A stretch of DNA of 64,000 bases from Haplodiscus bocki (Eukaryota), in the NCBI GenBank assembly GCA_965655095.1, contig OZ296650.1, forward strand, positions 3,162,001 through 3,226,000, written 5' to 3'. The position numbers and the translations under genes are program-made. Every line of letters begins with the position of its first letter. Within the stretch, counting starts at the first letter, position 1. Positions 34,701 through 50,121 of this stretch are shown piece after piece. The notes under the pieces were generated by a model. The model was given only the letters and a program-made list of their open reading frames with translations. It did no database searches and was not told the origin of the DNA.

Positions 34701-36655
34701 ATAAAGCGTTTTGATATGAAATCATAATTTCTTTAGCGTCAACTAGACTTTGCCAATTTCCCATCCCTCATTTGAACCCTCTGAAGTAGACACTTTTCTT
34801 ATGTCATTCGATCGTTTGAAGTTTTCCTCTTGTGAATCGTGGCTCACTGAAGTCTCAACTGATTATGGTCAACATCGTGTGGCTTCTGTCGATAAATTGA
34901 GCTAATTGTTTCGGGTAATTTATTTAACTGACGTTTTCCTGAACGAAGAATGCTGGATAATATTTGTAAGAATCGTTGACTGAGTACTGGGTATTCTTCC
35001 ACAATTTCCGAATTCCAAAGGGGAACTCCGCTGTTATCATCCTACATGAATTGCTAATGAGGCTGATGGAGCATGAGAGGCGTAAGAGAAATTGAAAAGT
35101 GTACAACATAATCGTAACTTTAAATTTATACCGATGGATTCCAAAGATGATTGGGCATTGAACGAACAGTGTCAACGGGCTCCTCAGAGTTGAGCAAGCT
35201 AATGGTTTTGTTACGGAGAAAATGTTTTCGTTAATTTTTCACCCTTCTACCGCCTAAAAGCTACGGAGTGTTAACGTGCATGTTCGCAGAATTACATTAC
35301 CTATAGGTTTCTGACAAACTTGACAGTGTGTGCGTCATTTCATCGTGTTTTTGCTGCTATTGAAAAATCTTCATGTTTGTGTTGCCTGTGAGTTTCGTTT
35401 CATCTTCCATTAGATCAACCACTCAATCGTTTTTACCATTTTTGGAGCGAAATTCAAGATCGAATGACCGTAATTCAGATCATTTTATCAATAGTTTTGA
35501 CCGCAAAAAATTGCCTTTTCCGACAACACTGGTTGGATTCGGACGCGTTTTGTGCAGATGTTAGCGAAAAGCCTTGCTTGTGGAAAATACTTTTAGGTAG
35601 AAAGTACTGCCTCAACATTCATAGCAAACTGTGTGTTATCGGTGGCGTGGAAGTACCACGCATGGGACTGTGGATCAACTTTGTGACGCACTTATAAGAA
35701 AACGACTTCTGTTTCACGACAATTTCAATAAATTTCGGCAAATACTGAAAGTTTACATTCTTCAGGTGTTCAAATGAAACTTTGACAAGGTAAAATTGTT
35801 AACGTGTTTTTTCGCGGGGGAAAAAGAGGGCCTCTTGCTGTTTCTTGTTTCAACTGTCAAAAATCCCATCTGCTTTGTACAATAATCAACTTGAGTGTTT
35901 CATTTTTAGCATTTACATAAACGCTGTCGATATTTTTGATTGATTTTTTATTGATCAACCACTGCTCCAAGGAGTTGTTTTCTCAACTGAATCACCTGGT
36001 TTTCTCAGCTTCCATAACTTCCGTATCATGCAATGATTTTGGAAGCCAAGATTTTACTAAGAGAAAAACAAGATGGTGAGAATCTTTTAAACATAGTTCT
36101 ATAATTTGTTAGGATTTCGGGTTTTCTTTGTGATGATATTTTTCTGTGGAGTCAATTTTCACCTCGTGTCAGACTTCAGTCATAAAGAATAGGGCATAAT
36201 TTTAGTTTGCCTGAATTAATAGTAAGATCTCGGAAAACTTTTTTTTCTCCATTTCTTGCCTCCTCATTTTTCATGATTACTCTTTTTAGGTTAACTTGCA
36301 GGCCTGCTAAAGTGCACAGTTTTCCCAAGTACCTTTCGAAATCCGTATGAATTCGCTCAACACTTATGCGTTCTCAGTTGGTTTTTCCAACTGAACATTG
36401 TTGGTTTCTAAGAACCATTGTGATGTGCATTGTAGTCTCTTTTGCTGAGGATTGTGGAAAAAAACTTGACAGAACTCGCCATGTACACTATTAATTTACG
36501 GGAATCCGTAACATCGAGATGCGTTCCACTTGTATGGGCGAACGGAATTTATTTTCCTAAATACGATTTTTAAACAACACAAGATTCGCAATTAACACTC
36601 AATACATCGCCGCCTCTCCAAGTAAGTACCTGTTTGTTTTCATTCTCTGATGAAT

Positions 36656-36693
36656 GCCTTGGTTTTGCTCCGTTATCTGCGCAAAACCAAGGC
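36656..36693. promoter_or_regulatory. 13-bp inverted repeat, 12-nt spacer (A2 copy)
   Basis: GCCTTGGTTTTGC tccgttatctgc GCAAAACCAAGGC. Confidence 0.7.
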
Positions 36694-36890
36694 CCACATT
36701 GCATGTATTTTTCTGGATACTTTTTTTTCGAATTAATTAGATGCTACCGTTAATTGAACAGTTTGAAAGCCGAGCAAAACGATGTCATTTTTTACGTTGG
36801 TTCTATAATGGCGCCTACTCTTTACATTGTATTAACTATTAAAGATGAGTTATTGATAAACTTTTGAGCGAAGTTTGTTGTGAAAGAGCA

Positions 36891-39800
36891 ATGCCATCTG
36901 GCAAGAGTGATTTGAAAAGACGTCGCTGTGCAAAATGTGGACGCTTCAGTGAACGTAATCACTCCTGTCCAAATACCACTGACAATGTTTCTTCAACCAG
37001 CGAACCATTAGGAATTTTGTACAGTATAGCTGATAGTAATTTGCTGGTCTCGTCTGTTGATACCCTGCACATAGAATCAACGTTGAAAGCGATGGGACTA
37101 TCCTGTTCCCCAAGAAGCGGCATATTTGTGAATAAAACTAACATTCGCCTCACTTCTGTTCAACCCTCGCAGAGTCTTAAAATAACGGGTGATGGTAATT
37201 GTCTTTTCACTGCCCTGGGCGTAGCTATCGGTTTCTCTCATGAAAGTGGTCATGATTTGAGGAAACATATTGTGAGTAACATGGACTCGGTAACCTTTCC
37301 GGAAAACAGTTTGCAAACTTCTATCTATTCCGCTGAGTTCCCCAACCAGAACAAACTTCTCACCAGTCCAACTGTCAACCACTACCTGCAGACATCGCAA
37401 ATGGCAGAAAATGGAGTTTTTGGCACTTGTGTTGAAATATATACCTTCTGTCAAATTTTTAAATTGGACGTTTATGTATACCACAGTCTTTTGAAAAATT
37501 GGTTCGTTTACAAATGCGACTGCTCAAATGACAGACAAGGCGTTTTCATTCAACAAACGCGAACTGGAGATCACTTTGAGGTAATTAGTGGCTTGACTGA
37601 AACATGCCACACTTCATTACTCCTATCAGAAGATTTAGCTGGTTCGAGTAGTCAATGTGGAAATTCAGCAATGAATACTGACTGCCACGTAATCCAGACA
37701 GCACTTGAAGCACTTGATGAAACTGAGCCCTTGCAGAAGCGCAGACGGACTTCAGATTATCCAGTCGGCACACATTTGATCGACATTGGAGAAACTAATA
37801 CAGCTGTGACATCTTTTTGTTTGGCGGAAGCTCTTTGTGGTGCAGAAAATACTACAACGCAAAAAGGAGGCCAACCTCCAACTGCTGTGGAACATCGACA
37901 ACATCAATTTCACAGATTGCCTGGAGGTGAGTTGACTGATGAGATTTTCCTGAATATAACTGAAAACTTTGTACCACCACCGAAATCGACTGAAGAATCA
38001 ACCGTTGAAATCGAGTCAAAATTGGTTGTGACAGATACTGTCGATGCTGCCAACATTTGTTGCAAGTGCATGCGTCAAGCCACGGTATATTTTCCGTTCG
38101 ACATTAAGGCCTAGAGCAAAGCTGGATTGGTTAATAGAAAGTTCGGCAGGAAGCTGAAAAACGATAACGTACATCTGTGTTGTTTCTGTTATAACTATTG
38201 TACTGCACCAAAAGTTAACTGGCAAATGGCTTGGCCAGCTGTTTTTTTCACGCTCTTTTCTGATACTTCCAAGCCAGAAGCTTGTTTAGTCGCTATTTGC
38301 TCGCTGTTACCCCTGGAAATAAGGCAACATTGGCTAGGGGTAATTACCTTTTTCCCTATCTGCATCCAGCGTGTTTTGAATCGGCGGCGTATTTTTGGCA
38401 CTTGTACTGTTGATGGAACACAGAGACTGAAACGTTTCGAGCAACTAATGACAACAATGAGACAAAAAGAAATGGCTGAAGCTTTGGACTTGGAACCGTA
38501 TCCAAACATACGTTGCCCTTTTGGTTGTTGGACGTTTATCGAAGATCCTGGCTACATACCAGCGCAGCATTTTGTAAACTTAATAGACAGAACTTTCACA
38601 TCATTCCAAGCGTCTGCATTCAAAAAACTCAGAGGCGCTAGACTCGACTTTTAAGGCCTTTTGATGTGCTTAAAGACGTTTCTAGTGGCTGCCACATTGC
38701 GGTTACATGAGAAAGAAGGTTTGGTTGTGCAAACTTGTTCTGCGCATGACAGGGGATGTGCGTTACAGTTCTTGCATCCCCCCAGGCATCCGGAGCTGGG
38801 ACGAATTCCAACTTTGTTTGAGGAACGATTAGCCATTGTATCAACTTCATTGTCGTGTGTGAGTAGCTTAAAGGCTAATTATGCTAGCCACACCTATCAA
38901 CTGTTTCGGAGCGTTGGGTCTTATAGTGGTATGAGTACTGTTTCGTTGAGACGTAAACGGCGTTGGAACATCACTAGCAATCGTTTGTTCCAGGCTGAAG
39001 GAACCTCCATGTTTTTCAGGTCAGATATCCCAATTTTAATTAGACAATGGGTTGTTCAAGGTAAATTGATTGAAGATGTCGCCACTGATCTCTCTCAATA
39101 TCAGCCGAAAAAGGAAAAAATGCCGGAGCATGTCGGCGTAGATCTTGACACCTGCATTCGATTGACGAAAGTGATGGACAAAAACGAACAAGAACTTTTG
39201 AGTAATGTGAAATTTCTTGAGTGCTACGCTTTGGCTCAACCAAACAATGAACATGGTTGCTCACCTCCTCCTCTGATCAATGATACTGGAGATACACTCT
39301 GGTTTCTTCAAGCAGCACGCTGCATTTCTCCAATTTTATGTTCATCCATGGTATCCGGCGTTAACCACGTTTTGGCAACAAATTTGTTGTCACTGTTGCG
39401 TCATACATTTGCTGGGTTTGGAAAAGAAAGCAAGTTGCAGCGTATTTCACAAGCTCAAGCTGACATTGACAGTATATTGAACAACGCGGCGACTAACAAT
39501 GACAACCCAAACATGATTTCAAACTTTTTTCAGGCGGGTGGCGTGGTGTTGCACGCATTATGTGCTGACTTATGCCATCTGCATTTGAGCCAAAGAATAG
39601 AATTGACTGAGAAAATTGTGCGCGACGTAACCATGGATACGAAACACGTGATTGCTACAACAACTGATGAAAACAGTTTGAGGAACAAGGTCAACCCACC
39701 TGTCAATATCATCGTGTTTGATGTCCAATTTGAGGGATGTGGTTGTGGTTCTCGGGGTACAGATGCTGTAATTTTGCTTCAGCATGGTGGTCCCTTCTGC

Positions 39801-42800
39801 AATTTTTGGCGTACACTGAAAGCTAACAAGGTTGCTGCACCTTTGTTGGAGTCACCTGAGACCTTAATAGAAAAAATTCTACGAGGCTACTGGAGTTTTT
39901 TAATCTACCGAGGAACTAACTCTAAGAAAGTGTCGACTGTAAAGTGGCACTATCTCAGTAATTTAACCGGTCAAGGAGTTTTCATTTGTGACAAGCATGA
40001 TGTTCCTTTAACAAGGGACTTCCAACGTAGCAACTACTTCTGTCGATGTGGAAGGTCATCATTCCTCAGATGTGCCTACTCAAAGTGCAACAGTTGTGTG
40101 TGTAAGAAACACTTCGACGAGGGAATGAAACATCCGAACTTACGAGTTTTAGTTGGACCTATAGCAAAACAAAAATTAGCGCCTGAAAAACCAAACGCTG
40201 AAGCTGCAATCAATGGTGCACTGTGTGAACTGAATTCCAACATAGCTAGTTTATGTGAGCAGGACAGAAGCGTTGTTGAACCAGATTTATCCATCAACTG
40301 TTCAAGTCAAAACTCAAGTTCGTCGTTAGCTTCTTTTTTTGCAACAACATGAACGCAAACTCGATCAGCGAAAGTGAATTAGTGATGAATAAATTGAACG
40401 TGTGTTCGGGTGAAAGGGCCATTGTTGCTGTACAAGAGGCTGTCAGTGAGGAAAATTACAATATTCCTCTCCACATACTGTTGAATTCTCGATGCAACTT
40501 ACTGTACAGGAAAAAAAGTCATCCCATTAACCTAACCGTTAAGGAGAAACGTTTCATGGAAAACATTACAGCTTCCTCGACATCATCAACGCCTTTGCTT
40601 CAACCGGAAGGACTGCTTTTTCCTTCTGTTTTCTGGTCCCAAAATTACGATGGCAGCATTGAAGGAGCAATTCCAATATCCCTGTTCCAATCCGAAAAAT
40701 ACAACAAACAAGTGGGGTTTGCAGGTTTAGAGAACATGCTGCGAACTCGCATCACTGATGGGTCGCTTTTAACCTCCAGTCACGCGTCATATCTTCAGTT
40801 CGTTTTTGACTGTCTTTTAAACTTACAATTGAGTAAAACTGATATTCGGATTGTGTTGAACAGAGGCTGGCAAGAATTGGGCAGTGCGCCTTCTAATTAT
40901 CAGTACTTTTCCGATGAAACGTTCAAGTTCGATTGTGCAGAATCCCGGAAAAATGTCTGCGAAGTAGCAGCACTCATTAGAGATGAAAACCCCACTTATT
41001 TTGTTACATACACATGTGGGCAATCTACTCACCCCGGCTTGCGGAAAATTTTCCAGGCTATTGACAAACTTTACCCGCCCGATATTACATCGAAGGAACT
41101 GAGATTATCTGTAATACAAAGTGAATTAATGCCTATGCTTAGATGTTGGCATCGCGCCTCACTGTATGTAATGCAATGGTTGAAGTGTTCGGCCGAGCAA
41201 CCTTTGGGACCAATTTCTCACTTATGGATGAGATACGAGTGGCAAGATGAAACTTCGGCCTTTCCACACATCCATGCACTAGTGTGTACCGGAGAAAACA
41301 AGTTTGGTCCGGAAGTTCAATCCCGAGTCTGCTGTTCGAAAGAAACATTCATGGGCGCCTTGAGCAAATGTTGTCCAGCATTATGGGATAGAGAACGGTT
41401 CCGGTTGGGAGAACTTTTCCAAAAATACCAACGGCACGATTGTGGCAAGGGAAAAAATAGATGTAAAAAGAAAATTGATTGGTCGGGAAAGCCAATGTGT
41501 AGGGTACCTAAATATCCTGCATCAGTTGGGTTCTCTTACAAGGAAATACAACCTAATTACTCCAAAGAAACTTGGGATCTGCTGAGAAGCATGAAATTGT
41601 CCTATATTGACCCTAACTCTTCAACAGACAAAGTTGAAGAAGAACTGAGAGCTGGAAAACATCACTACCCTGCTGCTTACAATGAACACTTGTCACCAAC
41701 AAATGCAGCTTTTTTTGCTTTCACCGAAAGCAGTACGAACGTCCAAATTTGTGACGACTAAATGTGTTCACGATACGTTGCAAAGTATGCTGCCGGTGTG
41801 GAAGGTCGGGCGTTCACAAAGATATTAGCCTCTGCTGGTGAGAATGAAGTGAAAGTGCAAACGGAACCTATTGTGAATGAAAAAATAGCCGGTGTCCAAT
41901 CCAGCGTAACCAAAAAACGTCAGAATGATGATAAACGCAAATCTGTAACAGGAAGAATTGTTAGCATTACTGAATGCTTGTGGTGGGCTTTGCAGTTGCC
42001 GTACGTTTGCACAAACGTAGATTTCATTCATGTACCAACAGTTCCCAAAGAATTCAGATCAGGAATAGTGATAGAAAAATATACTGCGAGCACCATGAAC
42101 TTCAGTGCTGTTTTTGCCGAAGCTGTTCGAATTCGGAAAAACGTCCTGAAGCTTCCAAAACATCGACAATTAACAAAAAATCAAGAATTGTTGTTGGCAG
42201 ATGTAGAAGCGAGTTCGATTACGCCTGACAAAGTGACCATTTTTGGGTTGAGACCACCGGAGCTTCTCTTTGTCAGCAGTTTGAAAAGTTATTTCGTTGG
42301 TTCGTTAGACTCAAAAACAACATTTCGAAAGGGAAAAGTAGTCATGAGATTTTGTTGAGCCGTGCATCGTGTAATGACTTTTGGGTTGATTGCCTCGGAT
42401 ACGTCATCAAGATACGCCCACCCGCTATCTTCGATTTTCTTGATTTCTGTGCAACAAGAAGTGATAAGCCGAGGGACGAATTTTTGAAAGAGGAGTGCCG
42501 CAAACACATTGTCCCCAAATTGCAAGGAACCAACAGTTGCCCCAGACTAGTAGCGTACAATCTTTGTTTCTCAGATCAAAAAGCCATAGTGGTTTTCACA
42601 AATAATCTGCCCAGTAGTCCAACAAAGTTCTTGTTGCACTTTGTGCTAACTTTTGGTTCGTTTGACACCGAACTGGACATTCTCTCTGTTTCCTCTTTCA
42701 GGGAAGCTTTTGTAGCTGCCAAACTGGTCGAGCGTAACAACATTACTGGAGCAGTCGTCCTTCAACTAGCTCGCCGGTACCTACTGCAACAGCTCCGCTT

Positions 42801-44979
42801 TGTGCCAGGATCCTCTAAACTCATTGACAAGTATTTGTTGATGGCAAATAGTGTTCTAGGAGAGGCACTGTTAGAAAACAATTTGTATTTTGCATCCGGG
42901 GTACCAGCTGTTTTGGATCGCACTATCTCTGCCGACTCCGAAGAAAATGTTGCTGTAGATTTGACAATGAACAAGAGTAGATTGGTAGAGTTCTTACACA
43001 CATGTCAAATGGGACTTCCAAGCGAAGAAAGTATGATAGACGCTTCCCTAACTGCACCCGTTGTTTGGAAACCGGACTTTGGTAGACATCCTGGCCAGAC
43101 AGTGAAGTCGTACTGTGAACAGAGTGAAATTTTGAAACATTTAGTTGAAATGGTGGACTTGTACAGAGGAGGAACACAAAATTTCGTCAGACATCAAATC
43201 ATTGCAGGGGCACCAGGAACGGGAAAAACGTTCATCATGCTGAGAGGTCTGAGTTATGCAATATGTCAAGGACTCAATTGCATGGTAACTTCGCTGGCGG
43301 CCGAACGTTCGGCTGCTTTAGGTGGGAAGCATCTGAACGCTCTCATTCCTTTCCCGGTGGAAAAAAATGGAACTGTTAATTCTTTGTCTCGAGTAGCTTT
43401 GTCCAGCTTGCAGAAATCACAGGACAAAAGTCGGTTTCTCCAGAATTTGGATGTATTGTTCGTTGAAGAAATTTCGATGATCTCATGTGAACTTTGGGCT
43501 GCCACGGACCACGTTTTCCAAATCATTTGCTCGAACTACGTGCCATTTGCTGGGAAACTAATCATTGCAACAGGAGACTTTTTATAACTTCCTCCACCAA
43601 AAGGAAGTTGTCTGATCAGTTCTTCATTCCCTTTAACGACTTTTCATTTTAGTTTCCTCCAGCACTTTGTGCGTATGCAAAACGAAGCAGGTCAGAAATT
43701 TTTGTCACTCATGTCAACTTTTCCCAGAACACCTCCCATCGGAAAGCAAATTTGGAATTTGATTGAGCGAAATTGCAATTTCGTAGAAAGTTGGGATGAC
43801 GTACCAAATGATACAATTAGAATTTTTGCTACTCGCAAAGCAGAAAGATATGCGACATTAAAGAAAATTTGTCCAGTGAAAGACAGTGGTTCCCAGTTCC
43901 ATGAAAGTTCATCGACAAATGATATGTGTGTGTCAAGTACGGACAACTGGATAGAAGCTTCTGGAGCGGTGACAAAGTTTTTAAACAGGAAATGTTTGGA
44001 GCCACAATCATTGTTTCTGTTCCCTGGAGCAATTCTCCGACTCACCGCTAACAAGCCAAATGTGATGGCTTTCCAAGGACAACTCTGTGTTTTGGTTTCC
44101 CTGGACTCATTGGCTGACAACGGAACAGTAACTGTTGCCTTGGCACCTGCTGGTTGCCGATCCATTCCACCACTCTCTGTAATTCGAAGTACCTGGAGAT
44201 GTATTGTCCTTGCAAAAGAAGTTGGAGTGAACATTCGTCTAAACCACAGAACTATTTGTCGCAGAATCCAATTCCCCCTCAAATTGTACGTGGCGTCAAT
44301 TATTCATAAAACTATGGGCGAAACACTCCCAACAGTTGCCACGCAGATTGTTGGAGCCCAAGAGTTTTCACTTTGGTTGCCAGAGCAACTATACGTAGTA
44401 ATGAGTCGTGTTCGATCACTGGCGGACATCACTTTCGTGGGATCGAAGCAGTCGAACGAAGGAGCCATTCTGAGTTTGCTGTGTAAAAAGTCACAGTGGT
44501 CGGAGCTGACTTCCGAAATCCTCCAGAAGTGTTCTTCCCGTGACCCAACGATCTTCCATGGTGCTACAAACCCTTTTCCATCAACCATCAGTATACCGCA
44601 GGAGAATGTTGGCTACTGTTACCTTATTCAGAGCGTCCCGCAAAACAACTTGTTATATATTGGTTCAACAATGTGCCTCAATCGACGAATTCGTGAACAT
44701 AATGTTGGCTTGGGAGCATCATTCACACAGGATCCCTCTCGAAGACCTTGGGTTTTGTGTGCTTACGTGACTGGTTTTCTTGCAAACAGCTCAACGGAGA
44801 GAATAAGGTTTTTTGAAAAACGGTGGCTTGAGGCAGTTACTAAAGTGCTTAACTTGAGTAAGAAGAACATCTCCCTCCCGAATGCATTGTCAACAGCAGA
44901 AAACTTAATCATAAATTGGCCTCATAAAGAAGATGTCTTGAAATTGGTAATTTGCTGTAATCAGCCCATAATACTTTAG
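36891..44979 (+). pseudogene. Disrupted polyprotein, copy A2
   Basis: Seven ORF fragments collinear with A1. Stops at 38112, 38652, 41759 and 43585; frameshifts near 40340 and 42296. Confidence 0.9.
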
Positions 44980-45890
44980 TACCTTAGAGAAACACTGACA
45001 AACTACTTATCAAATGCTTCGCCGACTGTGAAATGTGACGAAGTGAATGCTTTCTCACAAAAAAACCTGAAGTTCATTATTTATTCAACACATGAAATGA
45101 ATTTTTAAACGTCCAACGTATATCTTCAATGTCCCCGGTGGTTTCCAGAGGTGCACGTATAATGTTTTTAGTATGTGTGTTTTTGCTTTTTGCTGTGTTT
45201 AAAGAACGCTGAATTTGTTATTTCTAAATGTTTTTTCTTTTGCTATTTACAACAATTCAATTGTTCGATTTGTGACGTCTTTGAGAGTAATCTACAGAAT
45301 ATTTAGCCAACGTACTGTTTTCCATAGAGTTCAACGTTTAAGTAAGTTTAATACAAAACTTTCTCGACAATATTCATTTGCGGAAAAAAGTTTGCTGCAC
45401 TTTCAACATGCTTTTTGGAACATTGAAATGGGTACATTAGGTGTTCTTAAACTGCCCCTTAACAAAGAATGTTCCTGATTGCCCACTGTTAGTAAAGTTG
45501 ATTGATTAGAAAATTTAACTTTTCGCACTGCATTTTTAACGTATGCTTATCGAACACTTCCTTTTTTGTTTGTCCTAAGAACGATATACTTCCAGATAGT
45601 GTATGATAAAAGCATTGTACTTCTTCCTGTTTCGACCGCAAGGTGAAACATTTAGTGAAACCTTAGTGAAACTTCTATACCAAAAAGCAGACACACTCAA
45701 ATGAGCAAATATTTTTTTAGAGCTTTTGGAACAATGATATTTTCAGCTCTTGCGTTTTATACTCCAATTTAATGCTAATGACACTTATCTTCTGTGTTCC
45801 ATCATAGTGTACCTATGATGTTGGAATCATTAATTGTCGTTTTTTTGTCGTCCCCCCTTGTCTTTGTTTTTCAACGTTCTGCAGATCTAA

Positions 45891-46657
45891 ATGAGACATC
45901 TTATCATAGTTGATTCTCTTGGCAGAAGACTTGTCAGGAAGCACGAAAACCTGGAAGTGAAGTTTTTCCCTGGTGCCACGGCATCTTGCCGTCCGGTAAT
46001 TGACTGTTTAAGAAACCTAACAACGTTTTATGAATCAATCATTCTGTTCATCGGCGCAAATGCACTTACAAGCAGGGGCAGACAGCGGGGAAAAACTCCT
46101 GAGCAAGTGAGTGATTTGTTCAACAGAATGTCAAGTTGGTCGCGACTGAAAACATTTTCAGGAAAATACTCATTGCAACATCAGGGTGCATTGTGCATGA
46201 ATTGATAAGCAGGTGATATTTCCCTGCGAAAAAAGTTTTCCTCTTAAAAAGCTGAGCGTCAAATGAAACTGAAAGTATTTTCATTTTTTTCCTCCAAAAT
46301 TTGAAGAAAGTTCGACAAAATCAAACGAAGTGCATGTTCACCTCAAAAAATTTTGTTAAATCTTAGGTGGTTCGAGACATTATGTACCTCGTGCGTCTGG
46401 CCACTCCAATGTGTTACACAGTATACTGTCTGGCTCTTGTCATGAGATCCAAACGTTGCCTCCTAGATATCAAAAGGGTGAACGATGGACTCAGAAACTC
46501 TTCGGGTCAATACAATTTTTTGTCGGTGGCTAGCAAAATGAGCTCCGAGAGGAATTTGATGGATGGCGTGCATTTATCTCGTCACGGTGTTTCCAACTTG
46601 ATGTACATTCTAAGAAAAAGAGTTTTGGGTACTGTACCACATTTTTCTGACCTGTGA
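45891..46657 (+). CDS. Two-exon SGNH-like hydrolase, copy A2 (exons 45891-46106, 46367-46657)
   Basis: IIVDSLG, FPGA, IGANA and DGVHLS; GT-AG intron retained and frame open. Confidence 0.8.
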
Positions 46658-47749
46658 TAAATACAAGTAACAAAGATTTCGTGAATTAGTTGTTGATTAA
46701 TGAACGCAGTCTCTAACATGGTACCCTGTGTTAGATTTTTTGGTAATGGCGTGTTTGTTTTCTTTCTTCGTAGTTTCTTTAAAATATCAAAGTTGACTGA
46801 AAAGTTTTCATAATGCATACAACTGTGCATACAATTGGAATCGACTGTAAAGTGACCTGAGTTTTTATTTTTTTGTAACTTCTCAACAAAATTCAATGAT
46901 TTTTTGAGTAAATGTCATTTTAATCCGGTAAACCTTTGAATTTGGTATGTTGCGTTGTTTTTTATGTATGCTAGTTTCCTTCTCATACGTTTCTACATAA
47001 AGTGAATACTGCTAAACCCATGGATACTGCTAAACCCTTGAATGTTGCTTTTTGTTCGGCGTTGTTTTTATTTCTGTTAATTTTTTGTACCTAATTGAAA
47101 TTCTCATTGAAATGGAACATTCCGCAGATTACTTCCCCTGAAATATCGTTTTATGTAGCTTCGATTCAACTTCATTTGTTTAAGTCAAAAAACTGTCGAT
47201 TGTTTCATTTCTTTCAAGTTGCTATCATTGTCTGTGCAATGAATCAATCATTTTTCAAAAGACTTTAGTTTCATGTTAGACTGGTTACCACAAAGAACTT
47301 CAATTTTATCCTGAATTAACACGTTTTCAATACGTATACTCTTTTCATTTGCATTTGCAGCCATGATTGTTCAGTGAAAGTTCGTTGACGAATGTAATTA
47401 AGACCAAACATACCGCTCATTTACTATTGACTGAACTTTCAGACCGTTGAAACGTGAAAAAAAAGTTGAAAAAAGTCAGTTCTACCTTTTGCGTGGCATC
47501 ATGGTAAAAAATCATGTAAATTTTTTCAATGTAAAAAAAGAGCAACAACTTTAATATCGAACCTTTTAATGTATACTAACAATTCTCACTGAAACGTGGA
47601 AAATTAATGAAGTTGTATTTGATCATGTTCAACTTCATCTTCTTTGTTTTGTTTATTGAGAACACTTAGTTCTGCGTCCTGAATAGGTTAAAAAAATGTC
47701 ATTGTGTAAACCGCGTTGTGTAAGATGGTGCTTGAAGGGAATGTTCCAG

Positions 47750-48763
47750 ATGATGACCACCCGTGTAAATACGGCCCAAATAACTGCTCCCAATTTCTTG
47801 CGAAACAGTGAGAACACATATATCTGAGGTGTTGTTTTGGTTTTTAAAAAATTTGATCGTCCCCTACAGTTATTTCGACCGCAAACTGTAAAAGCTAAAA
47901 GATTGACCCCTGACACAAACTATGATCGCCTAATCATCATCGGCGAAATCCAGACGCGAGAATGCTTTGCAATAATAGCAGATTCTGCGCAGAAAAGTTC
48001 ACTCCTTTTTGCTGACCGAAAATTAACTATTGGTGCCATCGTTGATGTGAAAGAAGCTATTTTTTCCAACTCCTGCCTTGGTAACGATCGAACCAATCCA
48101 ATTTTCAACGTGTCTCTTCCGTTAGAGGTAGTTACCGACGACCTGCCAATGGAGCCTGTTCCTATCGATTTGAATCCCTCGACGGGTGCAATGTTCCACT
48201 TCTGTCTCCCACATCGACCCCTTTCGTTTCTGCACGCAATTCCTGTGTTTCCGACTTGTTCAGGTTTTTTGTGCGACAGAAGAAATAGAAAAAACGAAAG
48301 AATTTGTGCATGTTTGCAAAAATCGACTTTGTCGGCATGGGTAATGTCAGCAAGGGTAATTAGTCGGGACATATTGAACGAAGACGATGATCCTCTAACA
48401 GGGGATATTCTGCAAAGTTTGTCTTTGACCAAACTTTTTTGTGAGGAAGCTATCATTAGATCGGCATACACATCAATTGACAGGGGACGTTTGAGAGAAG
48501 CTGTCATGCGTGTTGCTAACCATGTTAATAACAATGGTGGATGGAGAGTGTCAGGCTTCTAAAAAACTGCTTTGACAGAAGAAAACATTGCCCAAAATGT
48601 TCAAAGGGTAAGAATTTGTCGGATCACTCCAGCGACTGAGATCCCTGTGAACTTGAAGTACAATGTAATTCCCTGGACTGGAGACGATACAAACCAGCCA
48701 CCACGCTTTTTTCACGCTAACGCAAGTTTGCCGGCAAGTGACAATGCAAACAACATGAGATGA
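47750..48763 (+). pseudogene. ORF3 copy A2 with two premature stops
   Basis: CGA>TGA near 47826 and TAC>TAA at 48560-48562 relative to A1. Confidence 0.82.
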
Positions 48764-50121
48764 ACACTTCGTTGAACCAACAAAACTCAAACAAATCTTA
48801 TATCAATCACTGTTGTGATAGTTTTTACTACAGTTACAAATTAATTACAGGCTCAACACAGGTATTAGAGACAATTAAAACAAGGTGCAATGAATCATTC
48901 AGCAAGCTACCGAAAGTTGTTTGCATGCAACATCGACTGTCACAAGGCATTCGACCGTATGGTGTTTGCCCAAAATTAAAAGATCAATTGTCGTTTAAGA
49001 AAAAGAGAGTTGTCATGAAGTGCATTTTTTCTACGTGCATTCAATTGAATTTTCAAGGGTTGCTACCATTCATTTGCAGTTAAACTGAGATTTCACTTTG
49101 TATTACTAGTGAACTTTATTTAGCACAGTTTAAGTTGTTTTCTGTTGTTGGTACGTATAATGTTCATTAAAAATTCAATGGGTCATTCAGAAAAAAGTTT
49201 GTGCAGCTCCCTGTAACTAGTCACCTCAAATCTAATTCAATGTCCGCTGAGACAAAAAAAAGTTGCTACAGTTATGTATAATTATAACATAATCTTCATA
49301 ATTTCTATTACAAATAATTTGGAATTGAAAGAAAATAACTGCAGCGAGTTTCCTTGAATTGGCCCAAGTTAAAACTTGTGTTACCGACAGTTTCCCAGCC
49401 TAATAGTTGAGTATGAAATTTCAGCAAAGCTTCATTCCCGCCTTCAAAAAGTTGACGGATTTCAGATGAAGTAGAGGAGAAACTGACTTTTTACCTGTTT
49501 TTTTTTTCCTCCACAAAAAATCGTCATAACCGTCATTATTTTCGGCAATTTGACCAAAAATGTTTTTTTTTGTCGGAAATTTTTTTTTCATTTGACACAG
49601 GTCCCGTCACGTTGTGACGAAAGCTCACATCACTTTTTTAACATCAACGTGGGAGAAATGACAAATTGGTCGATTTTGGCCTATTTTTGACAACTTTGAA
49701 ATGTCATATCTCCTAGGGCAAAAGGCCCTGGCCAAAAACTTTTGGCATGTAGGTAGTCCACAACAATTGTGCTTCACACAAAAAATTTGAGTCCAATGCT
49801 ATGGTTAAAGTGTGGAGATTTTGCGAAAAATACATCGAAACCTGCCAAAAAACAGGATCATTGCGTCATATCTCCCCAACGAAAAAAAAGAAAATGATGT
49901 AAGTGCCAAAAATCTTCATACATCGGCAGACTCTATCCACATGCAAAGTTTGATCGAAATCGTATGGTTAGGTTTCGAGATCGTCTCCTTTTCGGGGGGG
50001 TCCGGTTAGGTGTAAACTTGATTTCTGAAGCTCGGCACAGGGCCCCTCCCCCGCCTCGCAAACGGTTTTGTGGGGCTAAAAAGCGTGACCACCCAGTGGA
50101 GGCACCGGTGAAAATCACCAG

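Larger units (their letters stand above)
33422..50121 (+). mobile_element. Helitron-like element, family A copy 2, full length (16,700 bp), decayed
   Basis: Starts AGGGCGGG directly after the CTAG of B1, is collinear with A1, and ends ...GGTGAAAATCACCAG at 50121. Confidence 0.9.
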